Source: Camelus ferus
Taxonomy: Eukaryota
Assembly (NCBI RefSeq): GCF_009834535.1
Contig: NC_045716.1
Span: 23,064,001-23,128,000, forward strand
Direction: 5' to 3'
Length of the DNA stretch: 64,000 nucleotides
In this document: piece by piece, positions 36,492 to 50,503 of the stretch
Layout: each line of letters starts with the position of its first letter
How positions within the stretch are numbered: position 1 is the stretch's first letter
Notes under the pieces: generated by a model
Seen by the model: the letters and a program-made list of their open reading frames with translations, nothing else
Databases searched by the model: none
Told to the model about the DNA's origin: nothing
Translations under genes and position numbers: made by a program

Positions 36492-38440
36492 GAAGAGTTT
36501 AAATGATGTGGTGGTCAGTAGAGAGACCTGGATGGTCTTTGAGCAAGTGAGGGTCAGAATGGATAGTTCTGATCAGAATGGAGGAGGGGAGAGACTAGAG
36601 TCCTGGAGGGGACTGGTCAGGAGGTTGCTGTCCCAGCACAGCCTGGGTGAGCCTGTTGCTATGGGCGCAGAAAGGAAGGGTCGGCCAGGTGAGCTTCCAG
36701 GGAAATGCCCAGCAGCACTGGGTGTGTGCTCGGTAGGGACTTGTGGCTGGCGAGGCTGCCTGGCTGGATCCTGGGTTCTACAGAGCCAGGCGGAGACGAT
36801 GCCCGTGTTGGGGCTTGGATGACTAGGGGAGCAGTGAGAGCCTGGGGCTGGGAGGGCGGGGCTGCCCGAATGCCGATTCACGCCCTTTCATTCTAGGAGT
36901 CATCTAAATTGAGGAGGTGATGGTGCCGTGAGAAAGATGGAGAGAAAGGAGACAGAGGGAAGACAGCAGGAGAGAAAGGGTAGAAAACTAATGTCAGGGG
37001 TAGGGAACAGAAGGGGACCAGGGACGTGGCAGAGAAGGAACTTCTGGTGAAGGAGAAGCAGGCAGTCGGGGTAACTGAGCTCTGCAGCCGGGCCAATCTG
37101 AGTTCAAATCCCAGCTCTGCTCTTAATCCCCTGAGCTTCTGTTTCCTGATCTATTAATCACAGGCATGGCCCACATTCTAGGCTGGTGGGGAGGATTAAA
37201 TTAGATAATGTACTACTTAAAACAATCTCCACACAGAGTAAGCACTCAGCACACTTGAATTTCTTCCTTCCCACCTTAATGCTGCCCTCCTTCCTTAGAA
37301 GCAGATGTTTATCTGGTCAGAGGGGGGACAGGTTCAGAAAGTAATTTGTTATTACTTGACTTAGAGATGATCTTGTTCCGAGAGACCAATCTTTGTGCAT
37401 CCTTATGACTGCGTGGTAAACTCAAACAGTCTGGAAATCAGCTCAGTTTCTTTCCAGAAGGAACGTTTCTGTGAGGATCCAATACAAACCAGAGGCTGGC
37501 TGGTGAATAGAGAGCCAGGATGACTGGAAGTGAATGCTCTCGACACCGTGCGTTAGCTTGGATGACGATGTGCTGGTGTGTCTACTCCCAGGCACGAAGT
37601 CCACCCCCTCACCTATGGGATGGAGCACCAGGAGGCACTGAACTAGGTCAGCCTAGGTTGTCACCGAACTCCGCTATATCTGCAGCTGGCCTTAGATGTT
37701 TTGCCAGTTAGAATGGGAGAAATATGATCATTTCCAAGCTAGGAGGAAGAATGAAGCAAGTGAGTGGATTTTCCTTAATTTTAAGCTTTTCTTTATTATT
37801 TTTAAAAATTAAACTGTTAACACATGACACTAGCAGATGACAAAATAAGGGCTCAAAAAAAGCCTATCAGTGTTGACAGGGAAACGAGGAGCTGATTATC
37901 GCCCTTCGTGTTTTAGTGGCTATGCGGGGCTTGGTAGTGGTTGTCCATTGCTGACGTGTCAGACGACCCCATCTCGGCAATGACCTTGGTTCTAGCTGCC
38001 TGCCATGGTTTCTTCTTCTACTGCTGTATCTAACAACATTCACTGAGTGCTCGCTAGGTACTTTACACGGGCTATCTCATTCGATCTGTGAGGCGGGTGA
38101 CAGTAGCCTCATGTTACAGAGGAGGAAACTGATTCCTAGAGGGAGGTTAAGCAGTGCTCATAAGGTGACATGGCTAGTGTACTGACTGCGGTGACCTGCT
38201 TCCTTCTTTTGGAAAGAGACCCTTGACCATAGGGCCAGGTACCTCACCCACACTGGCTGCTCATAGCTCCCTGACTCCCTGGAAACAGGGGTTGCTCCAT
38301 AGCTGAGTACATGAACCAAGCAGGACCAATTAGGGCTCTTCCTGGGATATATGGACACTGGGTTTACGAAGGTAGAACAGTCTGTGGCCATGTTCCTTGT
38401 TATTTCGAGAGACCCTACTATAGTAAGAGTGAAGCCAACA

Positions 38441-38941
38441 TGTAATAGAAGAGAACAAATCTGACTCCATATTTGGTCTCTTCCTTTGGCTTCAACCCTG
38501 TGTTCTGTTTCCTGGGCTTAGTTGTGCTGGTTCTGCCCCTTTCGTAAAAGAATGTTGAATATAGCCTGAAATATACAGGATAGCCGATTCTCAAGGCTCT
38601 GACCTTTAAGGGTATTAATATTTTTCCCATTCATATAAAGATAAAAAGCTGCAGAATAGAAAATAACATTGTTTTGTTGGAGGTTTACAGGGACACGATG
38701 ACCTGACCCACGTGGACAGTTGCAAGAACAAAGGATTCGGACACCAAGAAGTTTGCAACGACCACATCCCCTCCCCTTTTTAGCATAAAAGGAGCCTGAA
38801 TTCTGACTTGGGGAAGATGGTTCTCCAGGACATTAGCCCTCCATCTTCTCGGTCTGCCAGCTTTCCGAATAAAGTCATTATTCCTTGCCTGATTTATTGA
38901 CCTGTTGTGCGGCAAGTAGAACGAGTTTGGACTCAGTAACA
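38441..38941 (+). mobile_element. Intact ERV1-class solo LTR with 4-bp TSD
   Basis: TG...CA termini (tgtaata...gtaaca), TSD AACA at 38437-38440 and 38942-38945, TATA-like cataaaa at 38784-38790, AATAAA at 38868-38873. Confidence 0.85.
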
Positions 38942-41900
38942 AACATATAAAGAGAGACAAACAGCGATGAGAGAAGGTTAGATGGGTGGATGCATGGTGT
39001 TGAGTGTCCTGTTCTAGCCCCCAAGGCTGTGGTTCATTGATCCTGTGAATTATTGCAGTGACCTTAACAGTTATGTAACATAATACAGCCCCCTCCCCAC
39101 TTTTTTTTTTTTTTTTTTGCTTCAGTGAGCTTGCCTGGAATTTCTGTCTCTTAGAGCTGAACGGTCTTGATCCCTAGAGCCAGAATGTGGTGGAGTCAAG
39201 ATTCAAACTCAGAATCCAACATCTTACCTTCTCTGCTATAACCATTTCCTAGTATTACACCCTAATCTCTTAAAACGCCTCTCTTTAAACCACTTCCTCA
39301 TGAGCAATATTCTATGCTTTTCAACATCACTGCTTACATTCCTGAGTCACCTTTTTTTTTTTTTTTCCCCCTGAAGCTGCCTTTAGTTCTTTTCTGAGAT
39401 TTGGGAAGTTCCCTGGGTTTATCAGAACGCATTAGAACACATCTCTCAAGTTGGGTGTTTCCGAGAAGGTTGTTAACCACTCTGCTTTCTGCTGATTCCG
39501 GTTATCACCCCTTTCTCCAGCTGACTTGTTCTGTGCTTAGCATCCATTCTGGAAAATGGTGGAACCCTGCTTCAGACCCAGGGCTGCCTGACACCCAGGG
39601 CTGTGTGCTTTTCAGGCATCAGATCTCAGGAACTACAGGGCTCTGTACTGACTCCGTGAGGAGTTGTGGGTGGAGGAGGCCTGTCCCCCCCCAGAGAGTA
39701 TCTGTGTTCCTGTGAGCCTGCTGTCATCAGGACAGGGACGACAGTGGGGGTGGCTGGAGGCTAGGGACACAAGGAATGATTTGTTCCTGACCAGATCCCC
39801 TAGTAGGGGCACAAAGTCAGTCTGCACCTCTGCAGCAAAGGGGATGACAAACGCAATACACATGGCAGATTCAGAATAACCCAAACAGTGCGATAACGCA
39901 GGGGATAGTTAGATAAATTATTTAATGCAGTTTGTTAAGAGCAAATATCTCAAAGCATATTTTGGGGATCAGAAGAATAATAAAAGGGCTCTTTGTAGTG
40001 AAAAAGTTTAAGGTCAATTGTTGGTGCAGCTCCCCTAAGATCGCACAGTCAGCCAGGGGAAAGCCAGGGCTTAAACCTGGGGCCCCAACAGTGAGGCCAT
40101 TTCTCTTTCTGCTGAACTGCCCCGGGGACAGTGGGTAGGTTGGCAGAGCTTGGCAGTGCTCAGCCCCTCACTTCTGCTACCTAGTTCCCTCCTGCCCTCT
40201 CCCAATGTCTATTAAACAGTTTACAGGCATCTGTCTTTCGTCTCAGCAGCCCACCTGGGTTTCCCAGCAGGACCTGTCCAGGAAATACCTTATACATCGG
40301 GCGGGTGTGAGAGGTGTGGGTGTGGGAAGGCTCGATGGAGATGAATCAGCAGGGCCTCCTTCCTGAGTCAGGAGCAGGGCAGGGCACGGGCTGGCCGGGC
40401 GCGGACCGGAGGGAGGGAAAGAGGGAGCGCAGGGAGAGACCAGCCCGCAATGACACATCTTAACCACCGGGGGGCAGAACAAGACGGGAAAAATCCAGAA
40501 GCCGCTGGTGGGAAACGTCTGGCGCCTGGAACCGGGCGCAAGGTGGATGGACGGAAAGCAGAGACCCTGCTTCTCAGGCTGGGCCTGGACAGAGTCATGG
40601 CCAGGTGTGCCCACTGCCTGTCTGCGCCCTGGCTTCTCTGCCGTCATGGAGAGGCGGAGAATGGAGAGTGGGATTGGACTCTCCGGGTCAGTCTGTCCAA
40701 CCTTCCCGTTCTGCCAAGGAGATGAGAATTGCTCAAGATCCATCACACAGCAAGTTAGTGGCAAATTACTGTGATTTTCATAAGTCTCAGGAATAGCGCC
40801 ACTTAATGGACACTATCTTGGCCTCAGTTCTCATTTAGGGACAGGTGTCCAGGTGCTGCCCCTGAGCAATCAGGAGCTCTCTCCCTCTTCCATCTTAGTC
40901 CCTTTTACCTCACTGTCCCTTTGTTTCCGTGACTCTATTTTTCTCTGACCTTTTCTCCCAGTTTCCATCTGACTGCCCCTGTGTCTCTTCCTCTGCCTCC
41001 TGTCTCCATCCCTGCCTTCTGGGGAGTTTGCTCAGCTCCTGGCTGGGTCCCCAGAGTGAGATGTTTCCTGCAGTCACTCCTCAGGGATTCATAGCTCTCT
41101 CAAGCTCTGTTTTCCAACCCAGTGTCTTAGTTCCGCTCATGGGATCCAGAGAAGTGATGATTTGGTAGCATAATCAATGGTGTGATGTGGGGAGGTGAGA
41201 AGGCCCCCTGGCTCCTAAATACTACCCCCAGCAACACCCCCCCCCCGCAATTTGGTAACCATAAACTGGTTGGCACCTGGTGTGGGCAATCCCGCCCAGT
41301 GAGCTCACCATGTGGGCGAGAGAAGACAGTACATGAGTGATTCAATCGAGAGCAGAATGCTTTGAGCACACAGGACAAAAGGAGTGCCTGGTAGGGGTCA
41401 GAGCAGGTACAGACAGAATCTGGTTGGGCCCAGGGAAAGCCCTGTGAAGCAGGGGACGTTTTACTGGCCTGTGAAAGCAGGGTGGGATTTCAGCAGGAAG
41501 GGATGTGATGAGTGGGCGCATTCTGAGTAGAGGGGTGGGCATAAGCCAAGAGTCGTGGCCACACCAGGGGCACGTGCCCCCAAGGGCTTAGGTGCAACGA
41601 GCAAGGCAGTTAGTGTATACGCAGGGGAGGCTCAGTGCAGGTGGGGGCCAGGGTCCAAGCACCTCACTGCTGGGAGGAGCTGCGGGGACGCCACTGTGGC
41701 TTCTGAGCAGAAGTGGCATCTGCCGAAGTCCTCAGTTAACATGGAAGGAGTCCTCCAAAAAGCAATGCCTTGCATCCCTTTGGTCCTTACCCTCAGGGTG
41801 AACAATTTTGATTCCAAGCTCTACCTGAAATAGGTTTTGAAGGGGAGGAACAGTAGCCTGATAGGTCAAAGTGCCTTGGGGAGGAGGGGACACTGGGCGG

Positions 41901-43199
41901 CTTTGCAAAGATGTAGGAGAGGATGCTGGGGGCCCCCAAAGTGTGACTTCATTTGTGCTCTCAGGCTGCCCCTGAATCCCAGGGCGGCCCCAGGAAGAGA
42001 GCAGCCTGGCGCCACAGCTGATCCTCTGTCGATTCTCAGTCTGAGCTTCTCTGTGGTGTCCCGATCCAAAGGTCCCGGGCCTGGGAAGGGTCTGTGTGCC
42101 AGCGCCCTCGCCTCCCAAGCTGGGCTGGGGTTTCCGCCTGCTGCCCCAGGACTGAGGCTGCCCTGGCCCTGGGGGAGGAGGGCGGTGCTGGTGAGTCACT
42201 GCCTGGGCATCTGGGCCTGGAACCACGGGTGAGTCACCTAGGACCAGGGGTGCTGGGGGAGGGGAAGGAGGCTAGTGGACATCTGGAGGGGGGAGGGGAG
42301 CTGGGCCCACAGGAAGGGTGGAGCCCAGACTGGCCCGGGGCAGTAGGCGAGGGGGCCTGGGAAGGGGCGGCAAGAAGCCTGCTCTTCCCTGAAAACCCCT
42401 CCCCTGGGCTGGGTCCTGAAAGGCCTCAGTGTTTGCCTGTCTCTCCCTATGGGGAGGGGCCTTTAGGAGTGGGCTGAGGGAGGCCTCACCCCAGGCCTGG
42501 CCCCCTGGCTTTGGGAAGTGGTCAGGCCCTCCCCCCCCACTCACTCACCCCTCAAGCTGGAGAAGAGGAGACCAGAGTTTTCTCTTCTTCCTTCAGACCT
42601 CCTGGGGCTTCCTTCCACACCACACAGACTGCTGCTCACCCCAGCTGATGGTAAACAGCCATCTCACCTCTCACTGCCTCCCTGTCTCCTTCCAGACCCC
42701 TTCCAACACAAAGGGGGTCTTTTGCAGGTACTTTTAGGCACATCAACTTTCCTCATTACATCATTAAAAGGTATTGTGGTGCCAGATATTAAATGTAACT
42801 GTGTTTCCCTCATTCCCTGAGGTCACCCCGCCCTCTCTTTCCTGATGCCCCCCAGCTGCTGCTAGCCCCCAGCGCGCACACATGTACATACACACACAAA
42901 CACACCTGTGAAGTCCCAGTGTGCACCTGCAGCCTCTGATACACCAGTGAGCCATGACTCATAGGCATGTGTCATGAGAACACGGCCTGGTCTGAGTCTC
43001 TAGGCCCCAGGAACAGGGGCTGCCTCCCCACGCTGTGGGCCCAGGATCCCCCTTCCCCTCGACACCTCCAGCTTCTCGCTCCTCACCGTGGCCTGGGTGG
43101 GCCTGGGGGCTGCCCTTGGCCAGCCTAGAACTGTCCCCAGCTGGCGGTGGGGCTGGCGGTCTCTGGGAAGGAGGGGGCTGGGAGGGAGTAGGTGGGGGT

Positions 43200-43355
43200 G
43201 GCAGGAAGCCAGGCTTTGGCGAGATCAGGTTAGGGCAGGTTTGGTTTCCTTGAATTCCGTGTTGGGGGCCTGTGGGTGGCATATAAATCCTCACTTTGGG
43301 CACCTGGCCCTTGCTTTCCGTCCTGAGTCTCTCTCTACCATCAGGTCTGGTGAGT
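43200..43355 (+). promoter_or_regulatory. S100A2: S100A2 promoter and non-coding exon 1 (~43312-43349)
   Basis: CATATAAATCC (TATAAA 43282-43287), donor ctg|gtgagt at 43350; flanking sequence resembles the recalled human S100A2 promoter. Confidence 0.85.
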
Positions 43356-44585
43356 AACTCTGTCCTGCTGAGGGCTGGGTGGGGAGGACCCCCGTCGGTC
43401 TCTGCCTTTGTGCCTTTGTCTCGATCTTTGTCTCATTCTGATAGCATTGCTGGAAGAGTCCTGGGGCCTCTGTGAGTCTCTGCACTTGAAGGGAACCTCC
43501 TGTGAAGTGTCAGACTGAGACTTTCCAGGCTCCTCGGTGAGGTTTCAGTTTAGGGATTACTCTGAGGCCCCCTCTTGGGGCTCCCAGTCTGGGTGTCAGT
43601 CTAGAAGCCCTTCTTGGAGGTCTNNNNNNNNNNNNNNNNNNNNNNNNNNNNNNNNNNNNNNNNNNNNNNNNNNNNNNNNNNNNNNNNNNNNNNNNNNNNN
43701 NNNNNNNNNNNNNNNNNNNNNNNNNNNNNNNNNNNNNNNNNNNNNNNNNNNNNNNNNNNNNNNNNNNNNNNNNNNNNNGCAGGACTCAGGAACAAGAGCC
43801 AAGGCTCTCAAGTGCGTGGGCCCTCCTGGGTCCCTGCCCTGAGTAGCGGCCTAGCTCTGCCCACTGCCGCTTCCTGTCCTCTCCCACCTCCTGAAGGCAG
43901 GGCTGGCAGGATGGGCCCCTGGGTTCTCCCTGCCTCTGACACCAGCTCCTCTGGCCTCCCCCTGGACCCGCCTAACCCTCCTGGGCTGGTCTGAGCATTC
44001 TCGAAGCAGGACCTTGGAAAAGATGACCTCCGAGGTCTGTCCTTATGTCCCAGATTCTTTCCTGATCCCGGGGCCCTGGGCTTTTAATTTCTTTCATTCC
44101 AGCCCCAGTAAGATCCTTCCTGGGGAGAAGGGTGTTCAGTTGCCTCCACCCTACCCATGCCCCATCTGCATAGAGCCAGCACCGCCGCTTAGGGGCCTCC
44201 AGTATGAGGGGAGACACATTCCCTGCCCTATGAGAGCCCCGAGTCCCAGGGAGGACATGTGCCTGCCCCGGGGAGCTTCCAGTTAGATGAGAGAGCGACA
44301 CCCTCTGGCTGAGGAGGGAAATGACCCCTCAGGGACCCTCCTACCCCTGAGGGGAGCCAGCAGCCCCAGTGAGTAGCCCATGGAGGTGCCTGCCTCCCCA
44401 GCGCTGGCACAGAGCCCACTGGCCTGTGGAAGGAGCTGCAGAGAGATGATCCCAGATGGGACTCAGATCGCCCTGCCATTTCCCTTCCACAGACACTCAA
44501 AGGGGGAGCCCTGCCTCGGGGGTGGGCCCCAAGTGGGATCAGAGGAGCCCTGAGGCCCTTCCGAACACAGCCAGCGGAAGGGTGA

Positions 44586-45853
<1,268 letters not shown>

Positions 45854-45924
45854 TGCAGCACGCTCGCCTCCCTCCCGCGGGCCTCGGGGGCCCAGGAGGA
45901 CTCTCTGTAGTTAGTTTTATACTC

Positions 45925-45930
45925 AATAAA
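45925..45930 (+). terminator. S100A2: S100A2 polyadenylation signal
   Basis: AATAAA ~70 nt after the stop; a second AATAAA at 46001-46006. Confidence 0.8.
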
Positions 45931-47576
45931 CTTTTTCACTTGTTGAAAATATTGTTTTTGCTTGTTGACCAATATCGCTAACATTTTAAAAATTTTGCCA
46001 AATAAAGCTATTTTAAAAGGGCAAATACCATCCACCATCACTAGCATTTCATAAAAAGAAAACTTCAACAAAAAGGAAGGATATAGTTTCAGAATGAAGA
46101 ACAGACCTTGACACTCAATATTACAAACAATCAGTTGTTCTAGGATCAGCTCGAGGGGCATTAGTCTAACCAGCCTGGCAGAGCTTTGCATTAAGGACTT
46201 CCTGTCAGATCGCAGGCCATAGGCAGTGTCCCTGTTTCTAGCAAAGCTGTGTTTCTTTTTCTATCTGCTTTCTGATTGGCTAGCTCCAGTCTGGGTTTTT
46301 TCTTCTCCTGTTGGTCTCTGCTGAAAGCTCCTAGGAGCCAGTTCGTACCAACATTCGTATTTTTTCTACTCTGTTGCCTAAGATTGTAGCCTAAGTGACT
46401 GTATATTATTCCGCACCCTCTGGTGCATCAAATGACAGTTTGGCCAAATGCTTTGCTGTCTCATAACAAAACCACCAACTTTCCAGTTTGCAAAGGTTAG
46501 GGTGCTCATATTTTATTCTTTCGTCCCTTCATCCAATTCCACATTTTAGGTTCTTTTTTTCTTTTCTTCGATGGAACCCACTTCAGTTACCAGATTCTTT
46601 ACTAGTTAGGAATGTATTCACTTGTAAGTTGCAGAAAACCTAACTAACAATGGCTTCAATAAATGGACATTTAAATGCCTCAGACAATAAGATGTCTGTG
46701 GTGTGCAGTTCAGGTTTGGTCCAGTGGCTCAAAGATGCTCTTCCAGTTATTGCTGCATCACAAACCACCCCAACGCTTGGTAAATTAAACAGTGAATTTA
46801 TTATCTCTCAAGGTTCTGTGCGGAGACTGGGATCAGATGATGGGGTTCTCATGTGGGAGATGGAAGGTGGGGCTGGAGTCATCTGAAAGTTCAAGCTATC
46901 AGCATCCAGGGTGGCTCATTCAATGTGTCTAGTAACTGATGCTGGTTGCCAGCTGGGAGCTCAGCTGGGACTGCCGTTTGGAATGCCCACTCAAGGCCTC
47001 TCTGTGTGGCTTGGGCTTCCCAGAACACGGCAACTTGGTTCTGAGAGGGAATGCCCCCAAAGCAAGCATCCCAAGATGCCCAAAGGGGAGCTGTGAGGCT
47101 TCTTAAGATTTATCACAGAAATCCCAGCACATGGCTTCTGCTGCATTCTGTTGATCAAGCAAGTTATTGAGTTTGGCCCAGATTCAAGGGTAGGAGAATT
47201 AGGCTCCATCTTCTAATGTGAGGAACAGCATGCATGAAATTGATGGTGACTGTCTTTGGCGATTACGTACTGTAGTCTGCTTTCTAGCAACCACAGTTCA
47301 CATCCATTCCGTGTGCAAAATGTACTCACTTCCTTCCCCAAATCTAAAGTCTTATTCCATGGAGGCATCAACTTGAAGATCCAGGATCCTGTTATTTAAG
47401 TCAGTTCTAGATACGGATTTGGCTTCTCAGGTGCAGTTCCTCCACAACTTCTCAAGACCAGGTCCTCAAGAATGATTCCCTTTGATCTAGAGATTTGCAA
47501 ACAACACATTCACTGTACAAAGATGAGACAGTGATCAATAACTCCAATAAACACTCCTATTCAAAGAAGGGTGATG

Positions 47577-47713
47577 GGAGGAGGGTATAACTCAAGTGGT
47601 AGAGCACATGCTTAGCACGCACGAGGTCCTGGGTTCAATCCCAAGTACCTCCTTTAAAAAATAAAATAAAATGAACCTAATTACCTCTGCCCCCCAGAAA
47701 AAAAAACAAAAAC
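47577..47713 (+). mobile_element. tRNA-Ala-derived SINE inserted in a MaLR internal segment
   Basis: Head gagggtataactcaagtggtagagcacatgcttagcacgcacgagg; tail aacctaattacctc plus A-rich end. Confidence 0.88.
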
Positions 47714-48205
47714 GAAAAGGGGTGGTGGTGGATTGGAGGCACAAAGTGGTCACTGGTCCATAGCAATTCTGAAATTGTGTCAGACACATGCCACCAGATT
47801 CTTGACTAGGACCCAGTTCTGCTTTCTATAAATGGTTCTTCTTGGCCCCACCCTCTAGGCTCTTGGTTTCATTTTGAATTAACTCTTTCTTTTCTATAAG
47901 AAATGTCTGTGTTTGTAGCTAAGTGGATTTCTCAGCCTGTTTCTTGCCCATAGCTTCTTTTTGTTTTGAGCAGTCTGTAGTCCTTTCAGTCCCAGATAAT
48001 ATAATTCCTTTAAAAATGTTGTGGGCTTCCTGTGTATCAACTTACAATTCACTTGATTAGACAAAAGCCATATTTACAAATCTCTCTGAGAGGTGCCTCT
48101 CTGTATCTTAGAGTCAGGATGCTGTGAGAAAATGCCCTTATGATTTTTAAAGGCCTTCTTGTCTGAAAGGGTCAAGAGGCACACTTCTAAAATTATTGGA
48201 AGCCA

Positions 48206-48343
48206 AGGGGGAGGGTACAGCTCAGTGGTAGAACACGTGCTCAGCATGCACAGGGTCCTGGGTTCAATCCCCTAGTACCTCCATTAAAAAAATGAATAAA
48301 TAAACTTAATTACCTCTCCCCTACAAAATTAAAAACAAATAAG
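48206..48343 (+). mobile_element. tRNA-Ala-derived SINE
   Basis: 18-bp TSD with 2 mismatches: taaaattattggaagcca (48188-48205) and taaaattattagacgcca (48344-48361). Confidence 0.9.
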
Positions 48344-50392
48344 TAAAATTATTAGACGCCATACTGTTTGTCTGAGAAGATCTGAGACGTGCCCTTAAAC
48401 CCTTTTGAAGTCTCCTCTGACGTGATCTCACTCTGAAACCCTTTACCATGGCATGGCTTCGGATTTGATCTTTGCCCTGAGGCTATTTATTGCTTTGAGA
48501 GCCATTTGCTGCCTGGAAAGGCTGTCTGGGGCCCTCTATATTTCCTCTAAATTCTGCTCAAAGCTGAAGAGTTTCTTCTTTAGTTCATTTCTTTCTTCTC
48601 ATATCTTATCACAGGCAGCCAGAAGAAGCCAGTTGGGACTTTCAGGATTCTGTCTAAAAATCTCCTTAGCCAACCCGTGAGTTCATTAGGTAATCTTTCT
48701 GTTTTGCACGTTACCATGGATACTAGCGTTTCCAGACATTCCAGTACGACACAATAGGGGTCTCCTTTTCTTCAGTCTCCAGTAACAACTTCCTCGCTCT
48801 CCTTCAAATTATTACTAGCAACCTCCTTGAGGTCTTGAGGTCATTCTAGCTTGCACCCATTCATTGCCTTGTCCCAAAGCCAATTACACCCACTTTAAGT
48901 TTTTGTAATAGCAGCCTCTTTCTCTTTCAGGTCTTTGATGAAAGTTTCCAGGAGCCAGCCAGCTCATGCTGATTTGCTAAGCTTTTCCTACCACTTCCTC
49001 TATCACTGCACCTAGGTTTCCATTTGGTCTGCATCCCAAGATACATCAGGGGACAGTTTGATTGAATATTTTGTCATTTTCTAGCAAAGCTTCCTGATTT
49101 TTCAGCCTGTATGTATTGGGTCCTCATATCTCACTATCTTCCCTCCTCCACTTGGCCAGTTTCACCTTTTAGATTCTTTTGTTTGAGGACTCCACTTTCA
49201 GATGTAAAAATCTCTATCAGTTAGGAATTTATGCAGTTTTGAGTTCCAGATAATCTAATAATAGTGGCTTTAATTGCCCTATATAACAAGAAGTCCGGGG
49301 TAGGCAGTTCAGGGTTGGTTCAGGGGCCCAGACGTGTCATATGACACCCATTGTCTTTTCATTTTTTTTTGCTCTGTTATCTATAGCATGTATGCTTTTC
49401 CCCTCATGAATGTTGCTTCATGATCACAAGATGGCTGCTATATCTCCAGGTCTCACTGTCCATGTTCCAGGTTGGAAGACAGAGGACAGGTAAGGTGCAA
49501 AAAGCTTTCCTTCAAGAGACTTTTGCCTTCTTATCACGCAAGAAGCACTCTCTCCAGGGATTTCTACTTCCATCTCTTTGGCCTTAGCTATATAATATAG
49601 CTAGTCCTAGCTACAACCAACTATTTTGAGCTGGGCATCGTGACACTTTGAAAGAAAAGAAAAAGGGTTTTAATAATAAGGAAAGGGGGGCATGGATAGT
49701 AGACAAGCAGTGAACAAGATTTTCCTGAATTGTTTTCTTACTTTTCTTAGTCCCCTGGAAGCGCTGATGCTTGGATCTGCTTACAGAGTAGCTCAGACAA
49801 GAGCTCCCCAAAGGTGGAAGGAAGTGAGGAGGTTCTGGGGCAACCTGCCTGTTCTCACTGCTCTAACTTAGCTGCACGTCTGGAGCTGGTGAGGTGAGGC
49901 TGGGCAGGCCCCAGCAATGAAAAGAGAGGTGGCCGGGGTCTCCACTAGGCCTTTGCAAGTAATCCTTGTAGCACTCGGAGGTGTTGTTAGTTTCTGCATT
50001 TCATGGAGGAGGGGCTGGGAGATTAAATCAAGAGCAGTGTTGGGAATTGACCTGGGTCTGTAAGAAACTTACCCCTATACCCCTATGGGATGGGGATGGG
50101 GTGGATGGGGTAGTGGTGGGGTGCCTCCCCTTCCTCCAAAGCTTGGTGTGCGATGAAGGGGACCTGGGTGAGCAGAGTCCAGATGCTCTTGGTCTCTTGA
50201 TCCTGAATCCAAGGGGAAGAAGTGGGTCCGCTTGCCAGCGACTCGTTTACTGTAGTCTGATTGCTCACGTGGGATCCTGGGGCTCATTTCCAGGCTCTGG
50301 GGCTCTTTGGGTTGGTGGACACTGGCCTGAGTTGACTGCCTCTGAAGTTGCCCCTGGCTGGCTAGGCACTGCCTGGGGCTAATTTCCGTCTG

Positions 50393-50503
50393 TATATTAG
50401 GTTTACTTATTTTTATTTTTGGAGGAGGTACTGGGGATTGAACCCAGGACCTTGGGTATGCTAAGCCTTGCGCTCTACCACTTGAGCTATATCCTTCCCC
50501 CCT
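50393..50503 (-). mobile_element. tRNA-Ala-derived SINE
   Basis: Reverse-strand head gaaggatatagctcaagtggtagagcgc...gggttcaatccccagtacctcc. Confidence 0.85.

Larger units (their letters stand above)
88..43778. other. Seven N runs: 88-227, 13603-13743, 22923-23183, 23885-24064, 24517-~24655, 24945-25319, 43624-43778
   Basis: Directly visible unresolved bases. Confidence 0.98.
46590..49620. mobile_element. ERVL-MaLR (MLT1-like LTRs plus internal sequence) cluster downstream of S100A2
   Basis: gttattgctgcatcacaaaccacccc..., cacatggcttctgctgcattctgttgatc..., internal-like segment 47300-48950, and cacaagatggctgct...ctagctacaa at 49400-49620; family-level recognition only. Confidence 0.6.

Noticed and set aside
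37320-38000. Unique-looking segment as a processed pseudogene or structured RNA
   Set aside because: No recognisable protein relic, poly-A/TSD pair or snoRNA box arrangement could be supported by eye.
22000-43000. Hidden extra S100 gene or pseudogene between S100A16 and S100A2
   Set aside because: I looked by eye for helix-I (LEQA/LEKA, FHKY) and EF-loop (DxNxDxxxDFxEY) coding relics and found none. A tBLASTn/HMMER search with S100 profiles would be decisive.
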